DNA of 45,126 nt. It comes from Paracoccaceae bacterium. GTDB lineage: Bacteria; Pseudomonadota; Alphaproteobacteria; Rhodobacterales; Rhodobacteraceae. Shown one piece after another: positions 8,040 to 17,182 of the stretch (within the stretch, counting starts at the first letter, position 1; every line of letters starts with the position of its first letter). The stretch covers positions 1 to 45,126 of the forward strand of contig JALSGU010000291.1 in the NCBI GenBank assembly GCA_026982575.1, in the 5' to 3' direction. The notes under the pieces were generated by a model. It did not search any database. It was not told where the DNA came from and saw nothing but the letters and a program-made list of their open reading frames with translations. Made by a program: the position numbers and the translations under genes.

Positions 8040-9656
8040 ATGCAGCCTGAAACACTGATCCGGAACTCCGCTAACTGGCAAGATATGCGGAATTCATTTC
8101 GCTGGCCGCAGCCCGAATTCTATAATATTGCCGAACAAATCGTGGAGCGCTGGGCACGGGCCGAACCTGATCGTCTGGCGCTAAGCTATCTTGATCTGGA
8201 CGGGGGCTTGCGCGAATATAGCTATCTTCAGCTATCAAGGGATTCCTCAAGGTTGGCAAACACCCTGGCGGCGCATGGTTTGCGGCGCGGAGATCGCTGT
8301 GCGGTGCTGCTTCCCCAAACCCCCGAAACCATTTTATCCCATCTGGCCTGTTACAAGCTGGGCGCTATTGCCGTGCCGCTGTTTACCCTGTTTGGCGAAG
8401 ACGGTTTGCGCTATCGGTTGCAAAATGCCGGCGTATCGGCTGTGATTACAGATGGGGCGAATTTGCACAAAATCGTCAATATCCGCGATGATCTGACGAC
8501 CCTTGAAACCGTATATTCAATTGATCGGGCCGAATCCGGCGCAAAGGGATTCTGGCAGGAGCTTGATTTGGCATCTGACAGCATTGAATGCGCCAGAACC
8601 GGCCCCGACGACCCGGCTTTTATCAGCTATACCAGCGGCACAACCGGCCCGCCAAAGGGGGCGCTGCATGCACACCGGGTGTTGCTGGGGCATTTGCCGG
8701 GGGTTGAAAGCCACCATAATTTCTTGCCTCAAAAGGGCGACCGTCTGTGGACACCCGCCGACTGGGCATGGATGGGCGGTCTGACAAATGTGATGATGCC
8801 AGCGCTTAATTACGGGGTGCCGCTGGTGGCGCATCGCATGGCCAAATTTGACCCCGAACATGCGTTTTGGCTGATGGAAAACCTGCAAATCCGCAATGTA
8901 TTTCTGCCGCCTACCGCGCTGAAATTAATGCGGCAAGCGGTGGTAAAACCTGTAAATCTGCGCTCGGTCGGGTCGGGCGGGGAGGCTTTAGGTGCGGAAT
9001 TGCTGGATTGGGGCCGTGAAAAGTTCGGCACGACCATCAATGAATTTTACGGGCAAACCGAATGCAATCTGGTGCTGGGCAATTCCCACACGGTTTTTGC
9101 GCCGCGTGATGGGTCAACCGGAAAAGCCGTGCCGGGCAGTGAAGTGGCCATTCTCGATAGCGAAGGCAACCAATTACCCGTCGGAGAGACCGGCGAAATC
9201 GCCATAAAACGCGGCGCGCCACAAATGTTTCTGGGCTATTGGCAGCAGCCCGAAAAAACTGCTGAAAAATTCAGCGGAGACTGGCTGCGAACCGGTGACG
9301 AAGGGATCTGCGACAAGGATGGGTATTTTCATTTTTCCGCACGGCAAGACGATGTGATTACGTCATCAGGGTATCGCATTGGCCCCTCGGAAATTGAAGA
9401 TTGCCTTGCCAGTCACAGCGATGTTGCCATGGCAGGGGTAATCGGCGTGCCTGACCCAGTGCGCACTGAAATTGTCAAAGCATTTGTCGTGGTGGCGCCG
9501 GGCAAAGCCACTGAAGCCTTGAAGGTCGAGCTGATAAAACGTGTACGGTCCCGGATTTCCCCGCATGTGGCCCCGCGTGAAATCGAATTTATTGATGCAT
9601 TGCCAATGACCGCCACCGGAAAAATCATGCGGCGTGCGCTGAAAAAGCAGAATTAG
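8040..9656 (+). CDS. AMP-forming acyl-CoA synthetase / AMP-dependent ligase
   Basis: 538 aa with the adenylation core motifs YTSGTTGPPKG, …EFYGQTE…, …GDWLRTGD… and a C-terminal …TATGKIMRR. A GAGGAA RBS precedes the ATG at 8040. Confidence 0.88.
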   Translation: MQPETLIRNSANWQDMRNSFRWPQPEFYNIAEQIVERWARAEPDRLALSYLDLDGGLREYSYLQLSRDSSRLANTLAAHGLRRGDRCAVLLPQTPETILSHLACYKLGAIAVPLFTLFGEDGLRYRLQNAGVSAVITDGANLHKIVNIRDDLTTLETVYSIDRAESGAKGFWQELDLASDSIECARTGPDDPAFISYTSGTTGPPKGALHAHRVLLGHLPGVESHHNFLPQKGDRLWTPADWAWMGGLTNVMMPALNYGVPLVAHRMAKFDPEHAFWLMENLQIRNVFLPPTALKLMRQAVVKPVNLRSVGSGGEALGAELLDWGREKFGTTINEFYGQTECNLVLGNSHTVFAPRDGSTGKAVPGSEVAILDSEGNQLPVGETGEIAIKRGAPQMFLGYWQQPEKTAEKFSGDWLRTGDEGICDKDGYFHFSARQDDVITSSGYRIGPSEIEDCLASHSDVAMAGVIGVPDPVRTEIVKAFVVVAPGKATEALKVELIKRVRSRISPHVAPREIEFIDALPMTATGKIMRRALKKQN

Positions 9657-11023
9657 CTGTGGTTTTCCAGCATCCCGCGCACCAGCGCCAGTTTTTCCAA
9701 TACCAGCGATTTGTCAGCCCTGCTTTCAATGTTCAGCCGCACCAGGGGTTCGGTGCTGGAGGATCGTAAATTCATGCGCCATTGACCGAAACCCATGCTC
9801 AGACCGTCGGCGTGGCTGATGCTGGCACCATCTGAAATCAGCGTATTTTCAACCGCCTGAATGGCTGATTTCGGGTCTTTGATGGTGAAATTGAATTCAC
9901 CCGACGACGGGAATTTCTCAACTCTGTCTTTAACCAGATCCGCCAGAGATTGGCCGCTGGTCGAAACCAGTTCGGCAATCAGCAACCACGGGATCATGCC
10001 GCTATCGCAATACATAAAATCCCTGAAATAGTGGTGCGCGCTCATTTCTCCGCCATAGATCGCGTTGTGTTTGCGCATCGCGGCTTTTAGAAACGCATGG
10101 CCGGTTCTGGCCTGAATGGCGGTGCCGCCAAGGGTTTCAACAATATCCTGTGTGTTCCAGATCATACGCGGATCATGGATAATTGCCGCACCCGGATTGG
10201 ATGCCAGCGCCTGCTGGGCCAACAACCCGACAATATAATACCCGTCAATAAATGCGCCGCTATGGTCAAAAAAGAAACAGCGGTCAAAATCGCCGTCCCA
10301 TGCAACGCCAAAATCAGCGCCGTGTTGGCGCACGGCATTGGCGGTGCGCGGTTGGTTTTCGGGCAGCAACGGGTTGGGAATGCCGTTGGGAAAACCGGCA
10401 TCGGGGTTGTGATCCATGCGGATAAATTCGATCGGCGCATTGGCGGCCAAAAGCTGGCTTGCGATTTCATCAAATGTCGGGCCGGCAGTGCCGTTGCCCG
10501 CATTTACCAGAATTTTAAGCGGGGCCATTTTGGCTGGGGTGATAAAAGAAAGCACCTTTTTGGCATATTCTGCCCGCAAATCGCGGGTTTTCAAGCGGCC
10601 TTTTTGGCCGGGAAATTCAAAATCCGCGGCCTCGGCCAGTTTGCGGATATGGGCAAATTCGGTTTCAGGGTCCAGCGGGCGCGCGCCTTTGCCGACCAGT
10701 TTCATGCCGTTATAATCAATGGGGTTGTGGGATGCAGTGATTTCGATGCCGCAATCGGTTTTCAAAAAATCCGTGGCATGGTAAATTTCTTCGGTGCCGC
10801 ATTGGCCGATGTCAAATACATCAACCCCCATATCCAGCATGCCGTTAATAACTGCCGCCTTTAATTCATTGCTGGTGGCGCGGCAATCCGCGCCAATGAC
10901 AGCGGTTTTCAATTTGGCAAATGTGGCAAAAGCCGCACCGATATCATAGGCAATATCCGTGTTCAGTTCGGGGCCAAGGCGGCCGCGAATATCATATGCC
11001 TTAAAGCAATTCAAAACCCGCAA
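9653..11023 (-). CDS. Phosphomannomutase/phosphoglucomutase (alpha-D-phosphohexomutase family)
   Basis: 456 aa with N-terminal CFKAYDIRG, the active-site phosphoserine loop TASHNP, and the metal loop DGDFDRC. It has an apparent TTG start at 11023 and a 4-nt tail-to-tail overlap with the ligase gene. Confidence 0.9.
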   Translation of the reverse strand: MRVLNCFKAYDIRGRLGPELNTDIAYDIGAAFATFAKLKTAVIGADCRATSNELKAAVINGMLDMGVDVFDIGQCGTEEIYHATDFLKTDCGIEITASHNPIDYNGMKLVGKGARPLDPETEFAHIRKLAEAADFEFPGQKGRLKTRDLRAEYAKKVLSFITPAKMAPLKILVNAGNGTAGPTFDEIASQLLAANAPIEFIRMDHNPDAGFPNGIPNPLLPENQPRTANAVRQHGADFGVAWDGDFDRCFFFDHSGAFIDGYYIVGLLAQQALASNPGAAIIHDPRMIWNTQDIVETLGGTAIQARTGHAFLKAAMRKHNAIYGGEMSAHHYFRDFMYCDSGMIPWLLIAELVSTSGQSLADLVKDRVEKFPSSGEFNFTIKDPKSAIQAVENTLISDGASISHADGLSMGFGQWRMNLRSSSTEPLVRLNIESRADKSLVLEKLALVRGMLENHS

Positions 11024-11060
11024 ATCAAATTTCCTTTTGCTTGTTCCTTAACAGATAACT

Positions 11061-11092
11061 GCCAATATTCTTAAAATTCATTAAATATTGGC
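11061..11092. promoter_or_regulatory. Perfect 9-bp inverted repeat in an AT-rich divergent intergenic region
   Basis: GCCAATATT-N14-AATATTGGC lies between the divergent phosphomannomutase and 11170 genes. Both genes point away from it, so it cannot be a terminator. It is a candidate operator. Confidence 0.25.
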
Positions 11093-11169
11093 GATATAAA
11101 GACAAATATTTAACCGGTTGCGCGCGCCAGCGATACCGGTTTTTCATATTTTGCCGATAAAACCGCAAC

Positions 11170-11796
11170 ATGTTTTTGAAAAAAAATCACAATTCGGGCT
11201 TTTTGCCAATCTGGCGCCTTAGCGGCCGGCAATGGCGGTTTTTGCTGGTGCATGTGCTGGTTTTTTCGGTTCTAACAGGGTTTCTTTGGGGCCTGCCTGT
11301 CAGGGCCGAACCGATCTTGTTGTCGCAAAATTTTGAACTTGGCGCGGCGGATGAATTTGAACGCCAACTGACCGAGGAAATTGATACCGTCATTCTGGCA
11401 GTTTCCGGCGGTTATCTGGTAGAGGGCATGGAAATTGGCCGCATCATCCGCGCACGCGGCCTGAAAACCGTGGTGCCAAACGGGGTTGCCTGTCTTTCGG
11501 CTTGTGCCGAGGCATTTCTGGGCGGCGCAACAATGCAAATCGATGGCACAGTGGCGTTTCACATCCCGCGCGTTGCGCAAACGCTTTCGCGCGATGATGC
11601 CTTTACCCAAGGTCTGGCAGGGGGCACATTAACCGCAATTTACCGGTTTGAAATGGGGTTCGGGTTTGAATTGACCCGAACCATCAACCGCTGGACAACC
11701 GATAAAAGGTTGCTGGCATTTGATAGCACCGCAGAATTATTACGCTATAAAGACCCCGAAAGCGGCCCGAAACTGCCGCGTTTCTATGAGCGCTAA
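11170..11796 (+). CDS. Hypothetical exported/membrane-anchored protein with a ClpP/SppA-like fold signature (COG3904-like)
   Basis: 208 aa. The N-terminal hydrophobic segment FLLVHVLVFSVLTGFLWGLPVRA-EP looks like a signal peptide. The core …VILAVSGGYLVEGMEIGRIIRARGLKTVVPNGVACLSACAEAFLGG…VAFHIP… resembles the ClpP-type S…H arrangement. The assignment is by recollection of the family pattern only. Confidence 0.4.
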   Translation: MFLKKNHNSGFLPIWRLSGRQWRFLLVHVLVFSVLTGFLWGLPVRAEPILLSQNFELGAADEFERQLTEEIDTVILAVSGGYLVEGMEIGRIIRARGLKTVVPNGVACLSACAEAFLGGATMQIDGTVAFHIPRVAQTLSRDDAFTQGLAGGTLTAIYRFEMGFGFELTRTINRWTTDKRLLAFDSTAELLRYKDPESGPKLPRFYER

Positions 11797-12464
11797 GTCA
11801 GATATTTACCGGCAATTTTGGCAGCAAAAGGCTGCATGGCCTCGCCGTGACTTGCCAAAAACAGGCTTGCGCGGCTCGGGTCGTGTTTTGACAAATCCCT
11901 GATCCACCAGCCAATGGATTTCTGGATAAACCATTCTTTGTCAGCAACATATTCCGCGGCCCAGCCCAGAATGCGTTCGCGTTCAGATGTTTGTTTTTCC
12001 GACAGATAATTCAGCTTTGCCCATGGCAAGGTCATCACCAATGCCGCGCGGCGAGACCACATATGGCCGGATTCCACCCAAAGCGCCACATCGTCAAGCC
12101 GCGACGGATTTGCCACCAACCGGCGCGCGCCAGCCGAACATGCCTGATCGGCAATTGCCCATGTGTCAAATTCCGGCACCCATGATTTAATCAAATCCCA
12201 TGCGGGTTGATCATCGGGTTTTATGCGGGCCTGAACAAGCAGTTTCGCAGCAGCTATGCGGGCCTCAAAAATATCGGATTGCCAAAGCATATCGGCCAGC
12301 GCCACCCGCCCGGCAACATCCATATGGCCGCGCCATTCTTTGACCAGAACATCAATTTGCGGGTTGGAAACCCCCAGATATTCGCGTTTTGCCTTATGAT
12401 AATCTGCCATTTCAACGGCTTTGTCTGCATCTGACAGGGTTTGCAATTGTTCCAGTCCGGTCAC
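11793..12464 (-). CDS. DNA alkylation repair protein (AlkD-like HEAT-repeat family)
   Basis: 223 aa. …KAVEMADYHKAKREYLGVSNPQIDVLVKEW… and a repeated helical pattern are typical of the DNA_alkylation family. The GTG start overlaps the glmU stop (GTGA). Confidence 0.65.
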   Translation of the reverse strand: MTGLEQLQTLSDADKAVEMADYHKAKREYLGVSNPQIDVLVKEWRGHMDVAGRVALADMLWQSDIFEARIAAAKLLVQARIKPDDQPAWDLIKSWVPEFDTWAIADQACSAGARRLVANPSRLDDVALWVESGHMWSRRAALVMTLPWAKLNYLSEKQTSERERILGWAAEYVADKEWFIQKSIGWWIRDLSKHDPSRASLFLASHGEAMQPFAAKIAGKYLT

Positions 12465-13804
12465 TTTTTGGCCTTTAGGCTGCGCAAGCGGTCCATCAGG
12501 CGTTTGCCCATGCCGGGTTTGTTTTCCTGGCGTGCGCGTGCCAGACCAAGCGCATCGGCGGGCACGTCTTTGGTGATGACAGAACCCGAGCCGATCAGGG
12601 ATTCATCCCCGATATTCACCGGCGCGACCAGTGCCGTGTTCGACCCGATAAAAGCACCTTTGCCAATCACGGTTTTATGTTTGAAAACCCCGTCATAATT
12701 GCAAAATATCACCCCTGCGCCAATGTTGGTATTTTCGCCGATATGCGCATCGCCCACATAGGCCAGATGGCCGATTTTGGCGCCTTGGTCAATTTGCGAG
12801 GCCTTGATTTCAACAAAATTCCCCACCCGTGCATTGCCGCCAATTTCAGCACCGGGGCGCAAGCGGGCAAACGGGCCGATGGTGGCACCATTTGAAATAT
12901 GGCAGCCTTCAAGGTGGCTGTTGGCGCGGATTTCAACATTGTTTTCCACCGTCACATCGGGGCCGAAAAACACGTTGGGCTCAATGGTTACATCGCGCCC
13001 CAACACCGTATCAAGCGCCAGAAAAACAGTTTCGGGCGCGGTCATGGTAACACCGTTTTGCAACGCATTTTTGCGGGCGCGGGTTTGGAACGCGGCTTCG
13101 GCCTTGGCCAGATCAACGCGGCTGTTTACCCCGAGGGTCTGGGATTCATCACATGTAATTGCTGTGCAGGCCTGCCCGCGCGAATTGGCAATTTTGACAA
13201 TATCGGTCAGATAAACCTCGCCATCGGTGTTTTTATCGGCCACCTCGTCCAGCAGTGAAAACAGGGTTTTGGCTGAGGCGCAAACCACGCCCGAATTACA
13301 AAACCCGATTTCCAGTTCTGATTCCGTGCAATCCGCGGCCTCTATAATGGCGGTTAGCGCATGGTCTTTGACCACCAAACGGCCATAACCGCCGGGGGTT
13401 TGGGCGTTAAAACCCAGCACCACAACATCATTTCCGTTGCTGCGGCTTTCCAGCATGGCTTGCAGGGTTTGGGGTTGCACAAACGGCGTGTCGCCATAAA
13501 GAACAATCACATCACCGTCAAAATCCCGCAGGGTTTCAGCCGCCTGCAAAACCGCATCGCCGGTGCCGTTCTGGTGTTTTTGCCAGACAGTTTCAACATC
13601 GGGGTCAATTGATTTCGCCAGTTTTTCAACCTGTTCGCCTTGATGCCCCACAACAATCACGGTTTTTTCGGCGTCAATCTGTGCGGCGCTGTGCATGGCG
13701 TGGCCCAGCAAGGACACCCCCGCAAGCCGGTGCATTACCTTGGGCAGGTCGGAATTCATCCGGCTGCCTTGGCCTGCCGCCAGAACGATAATTGCTGTGG
13801 CCAT
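12461..13804 (-). CDS. glmU: Bifunctional UDP-N-acetylglucosamine pyrophosphorylase / GlcN-1-P N-acetyltransferase GlmU
   Basis: Starts MATAIIVLAAGQGSRM (nucleotidyltransferase signature). The C-terminal left-handed beta-helix has hexapeptide repeats (…IGENTNIGAGVIFCNYDG…). The ATG at 13804 is chosen over the longer ORF start at 13870, which would overlap the helicase gene. Confidence 0.92.
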   Translation of the reverse strand: MATAIIVLAAGQGSRMNSDLPKVMHRLAGVSLLGHAMHSAAQIDAEKTVIVVGHQGEQVEKLAKSIDPDVETVWQKHQNGTGDAVLQAAETLRDFDGDVIVLYGDTPFVQPQTLQAMLESRSNGNDVVVLGFNAQTPGGYGRLVVKDHALTAIIEAADCTESELEIGFCNSGVVCASAKTLFSLLDEVADKNTDGEVYLTDIVKIANSRGQACTAITCDESQTLGVNSRVDLAKAEAAFQTRARKNALQNGVTMTAPETVFLALDTVLGRDVTIEPNVFFGPDVTVENNVEIRANSHLEGCHISNGATIGPFARLRPGAEIGGNARVGNFVEIKASQIDQGAKIGHLAYVGDAHIGENTNIGAGVIFCNYDGVFKHKTVIGKGAFIGSNTALVAPVNIGDESLIGSGSVITKDVPADALGLARARQENKPGMGKRLMDRLRSLKAKK

Positions 13805-13814
13805 ACCCGTGCCC

Positions 13815-15047
13815 CTAGCTTTGGGCGCGACGGCGCGGGCGATGGCGACGACGGCTGTTTGGTTTGGCATCGGGGCGTTTTACAGCGCGTGGCGGCTGGG
13901 GAATCGCATGGTCAGGCAGTGCTGAACCATCAGCGGCCAATGCCGGTATTTTAATCTTGATCAGCCGTTCAATGGCGCGCAGCAGCTTGATTTCATCAGG
14001 CGTGCAAAACGATACCGCCAACCCCGAGGCACCGGCCCGCGCGGTGCGGCCAATACGATGCACATAGGATTCCGCCACATGGGGCAGGTCATAATTCACC
14101 ACCAGTTCAACGCCCGGCACATCAATGCCGCGCGCCGCAATGTCGGTGGCGATCAGCACCGGCATGGTGCCTTTTTTGAAAGCATCCAGCGCGCGGGTGC
14201 GTTGGCCTTGGGATTTATTGCCATGAATGGCCGCCGCGCCCAGATTTTCGGAATTCAGCTTGCGGGCGATTTTATCCGCGCCGCGTTTGGTGCGGCAAAA
14301 CACAATAATACGTTTGCCCGCATGGGTGCGCACCAGTTTGGTCATGGCGTTTACCTTGCCGTCCACAGGCAGGTGCATCACGCTTTGGCTGATTTTATCA
14401 GCGGTTTTGGCGATCGGGGTTACCGCGACCTCAATCGGGTCATCCAGATGATCAGCCGACAATTTGCGGATCTCGCGCGGCATGGTTGCGGAAAACAGCA
14501 AGGTCTGGCGTTTGGCGGGCAGCAATTTCAAAATGCGGCGGATGGCAGGCATAAAGCCGATATCCAGCATCTGGTCGGCCTCGTCCAGCACGATGGTTTC
14601 AATATTGTTCAGACGCACGGATTTCTGACTGACCAGATCCTCTAGCCGCCCGGGCGTTGCCACCAGAATATCAATGCCGTTGCGAAGCGCCGATTGCTGG
14701 CGTTTGATCGGCACACCGCCAACCACACAGGTGGAGCGCAGCGATAATTTTTGCCCGTAATCCTGCACGCTTTTTTCAATTTGCGCCGCAAGTTCACGGG
14801 TGGGCGACAGGATAAGCACCTTGACAACGCGGTCTTTGCCGCGTGCTGATCGGCCTTGCAGTTTTTGCAAAAGCGGCAGGGTGAACGCGGCGGTTTTGCC
14901 GGTGCCGGTTTGCGCGAGGCCAACAACATCGCGGCCATCTAAAATGGCGGGGATGGCTTTGGCCTGAATGGGGGTCGGGGTCTCGTAGCCTTGGTTTGCC
15001 AAGGTTTCGAGCAACGGCTTGATTAAGCCGAGCGATTCAAAATTCAC
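13815..15047 (-). CDS. rhlE: DEAD-box ATP-dependent RNA helicase (RhlE-like)
   Basis: Q-motif GYETPTPIQ, Walker A AQTGTGKT, DEAD box VLDEAD, SAT, HRIGRTARAG, and a basic C-terminal tail. The start is uncertain. GTG at 15047 gives MNFESLGL…, while the maximal ORF reaches the ATG at 15152. Confidence 0.9.
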   Translation of the reverse strand: MNFESLGLIKPLLETLANQGYETPTPIQAKAIPAILDGRDVVGLAQTGTGKTAAFTLPLLQKLQGRSARGKDRVVKVLILSPTRELAAQIEKSVQDYGQKLSLRSTCVVGGVPIKRQQSALRNGIDILVATPGRLEDLVSQKSVRLNNIETIVLDEADQMLDIGFMPAIRRILKLLPAKRQTLLFSATMPREIRKLSADHLDDPIEVAVTPIAKTADKISQSVMHLPVDGKVNAMTKLVRTHAGKRIIVFCRTKRGADKIARKLNSENLGAAAIHGNKSQGQRTRALDAFKKGTMPVLIATDIAARGIDVPGVELVVNYDLPHVAESYVHRIGRTARAGASGLAVSFCTPDEIKLLRAIERLIKIKIPALAADGSALPDHAIPQPPRAVKRPDAKPNSRRRHRPRRRAQS

Positions 15048-15199
15048 GTAAAAATCTTTCTGTTTTTGGCGCGATATGCGCGGTGGAGCGGTCGGGTGCG
15101 ACAGGCTCCAGCAATTGGGCTTGAGTGGCCGCATGGCAGGGTTTTCTGCCATCTAGTGGCCTTATGGACCGGTTGTCGGCGATATGTCAAGCTGTAGGG

Positions 15200-15970
15200 T
15201 TAAGACCACTGATCGTCACGCTGGGCCGCTGCCGGGAAAGGTCCTGACCTTAGAGCGTCCTTTAGCACAATGGCACCGTATTTCCCGTTCATGTGGGTGA
15301 GATCATCTATTTTCTGCAATGGCATACCTTTCTTTCTGTGTGGCTGCCGAAATCCGCGAAGCCCGACTGCGTATTCGAGCTTACTTTGCAGTGTCTCGCC
15401 ATAGGTTTCTTTCGGCTGCGGCATTAGGCTGGCCCCGCGGGGCGACAGGAACGCATTGTTCAATACCGAAAGCTCATCAAGGTAATTCAATGCTGACGGG
15501 CCAGAATCTGGCTGCCGTGAAGCAGGGAAGGGCGCATGCACAAACAGTACGTTTTTTGAAGTTAGGGCCCTGATCTTCAGAAATAAACCATAGGCGCTGG
15601 ACTGATGTAAAGACCGCTCCAGCGCACGGTTGACGACCTGCAAGGAATACAGTCGTTGATCTACCCCGTGCCACCATGTATGTCCGCCCACCACAATCAC
15701 ACGGTCGGCGCTGCTGAAATCTATATCGCCGTTATTTCCGTTAGCCTGTTCGAATTGTTGTTGCAGCTCGGGGCTGGTGGTTTTCAAAACCTGCCGTGTC
15801 TGATCAGCAACCAGTGTTTTATAAAACGTCCCGCGGAACCCGTAAAACCCAATGGTAACACCCGGGAATTCGCCTGAAATCTCTGCCCACCCAAGGCTTA
15901 GCGCCCGGACATGGGAGTTCCCGATAATAACAACTTCTGTGTTACTCACTGGATCCGCCAAGCTCGGCAT
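15200..15970 (-). CDS. Hypothetical protein, SGNH/GDSL-hydrolase-like
   Basis: ~256 aa. VVIIGNSHV near the N-terminus resembles block I (GDS-like), and DDLTHMNGKYG near the C-terminus resembles block V (D-x-x-H). The start at 15970 overlaps the end of the upstream GSCFA gene. This is a motif-level call only. Confidence 0.4.
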   Translation of the reverse strand: MPSLADPVSNTEVVIIGNSHVRALSLGWAEISGEFPGVTIGFYGFRGTFYKTLVADQTRQVLKTTSPELQQQFEQANGNNGDIDFSSADRVIVVGGHTWWHGVDQRLYSLQVVNRALERSLHQSSAYGLFLKIRALTSKNVLFVHAPFPASRQPDSGPSALNYLDELSVLNNAFLSPRGASLMPQPKETYGETLQSKLEYAVGLRGFRQPHRKKGMPLQKIDDLTHMNGKYGAIVLKDALRSGPFPAAAQRDDQWS

Positions 15971-17015
15971 ACATTTCCAGAATTTCTTCGTCACAATGCA
16001 GTTCATCGACGCTGTCAGAGAGAGGGGGCGAGGGAGGCATTTTCCGCGCAGGCGCGGGAGTGGCACAGGCGGTGGCCCCCCTGAAAAACTCTGCCATTAC
16101 AAACGCCACCCCTTCCGGGGTTACACTGCGTAAATTTGGCATAAAAAACCCGCCCCGAAAGACCGGACTGTTGATAATTTCATATGACGGAAAGTAGTCC
16201 ACAAAATCGAAATCATTTACAGCAGTTACAGTCGCCGCGCGCAAAATAGATTTGGAAGCACTGGTCGCAACCAACACATGTTGGCCTGAATTTGTGGCCA
16301 CCAGCGGCACGGGTGATACAGTAAGCAATACTCTGATATTTTTGTTGATTTCCCGCAGCAGGCTAATAGCTTGCCGCAGTTTGGCCACCACAAACTCGCT
16401 ATCCTGTGCGACATACTGGTGGATATTTTTGTCAAAGTCGCCTGCTGTGGTTCCCGGGCACATGGGGTACTCAACGCCGGATTCCGTGTTGAACCACGAT
16501 TCTGTCAGGCCAAGGGTAAATACAAATATATCGGCTTTTTTAACTATGGCATTAAGCGCATTGAGCGTAACATTTCGAGAGCGCATCATTTCTGCCCCGG
16601 TTTCAAACCCGTTTGGCTCGATTGCGGGGCGGAATGGATCATAAAACCGGCCGCTTTTTTGCCACACCTCCTCTGACGGAGCGGTTTTGCCGGTGGCCCA
16701 AAGCAGCCATTGCAGCAGGAGCGAAGCAGTATAGATGTTCCCGGTCCGGGCCGAGAATACATTGTAATTGAAAATGTGTTGATCTGCTTCAGAAAACTCC
16801 TTTGGGGGGTGTTCTGCATTGATCCACGAATATCCGTTTTTAATAAGAGCCTTGCTGAAGTGCTGGGCAAAACATGAGCCAAAAGTAGCTATTCTGGTTT
16901 GGGGCCGGACAGCAAATTTAGGGTCCCACAAATCCCGGATTTCCAGAGGGTTACATGCCGCAACAGCGGGTTTCCAAAAGGCTGTTTTGGGGAGGGATTT
17001 ATAAGGATGCGTCAT
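15942..17015 (-). CDS. GSCFA-domain protein (uncharacterised SGNH-like family)
   Basis: ~357 aa from the ATG at 17015. It contains the literal family motif in …IATFGSCFAQHFSKAL…. The longer ORF start at 17156 was rejected because it has no supporting sequence features. Confidence 0.75.
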   Translation of the reverse strand: MTHPYKSLPKTAFWKPAVAACNPLEIRDLWDPKFAVRPQTRIATFGSCFAQHFSKALIKNGYSWINAEHPPKEFSEADQHIFNYNVFSARTGNIYTASLLLQWLLWATGKTAPSEEVWQKSGRFYDPFRPAIEPNGFETGAEMMRSRNVTLNALNAIVKKADIFVFTLGLTESWFNTESGVEYPMCPGTTAGDFDKNIHQYVAQDSEFVVAKLRQAISLLREINKNIRVLLTVSPVPLVATNSGQHVLVATSASKSILRAATVTAVNDFDFVDYFPSYEIINSPVFRGGFFMPNLRSVTPEGVAFVMAEFFRGATACATPAPARKMPPSPPLSDSVDELHCDEEILEMYAELGGSSE

Positions 17016-17182
17016 GTCTCTATTGCTAGAGACATATTTTGAAATAGGCAATATAGTTTCTGGCTGTGCGGGAATCCGGGTAAAGACCGGAGCGTCTGGC
17101 CATGCAAGAGATTGAAAAAGCAGGTGCGACCCAGTAAGGCTGTAATAGAAATGCATAACCGACTAAAGTAAAAAAGAAATCT

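Noticed and set aside
12461-13870. Extended N-termini offered by the ORF track: glmU to 13870, purK to 28674, purE to 29035, Hsp20 from 29227, the GSCFA gene to 17156, the aminotransferase from 19531, GT2 from 21071, and the sugar transferase from 22736.
   Set aside because: The extensions overlap neighbouring genes or lack family similarity. Internal ATG/GTG starts with Shine-Dalgarno sequences reproduce canonical N-termini such as MATAIIVLAAGQGSRM and [16 protein letters not shown].
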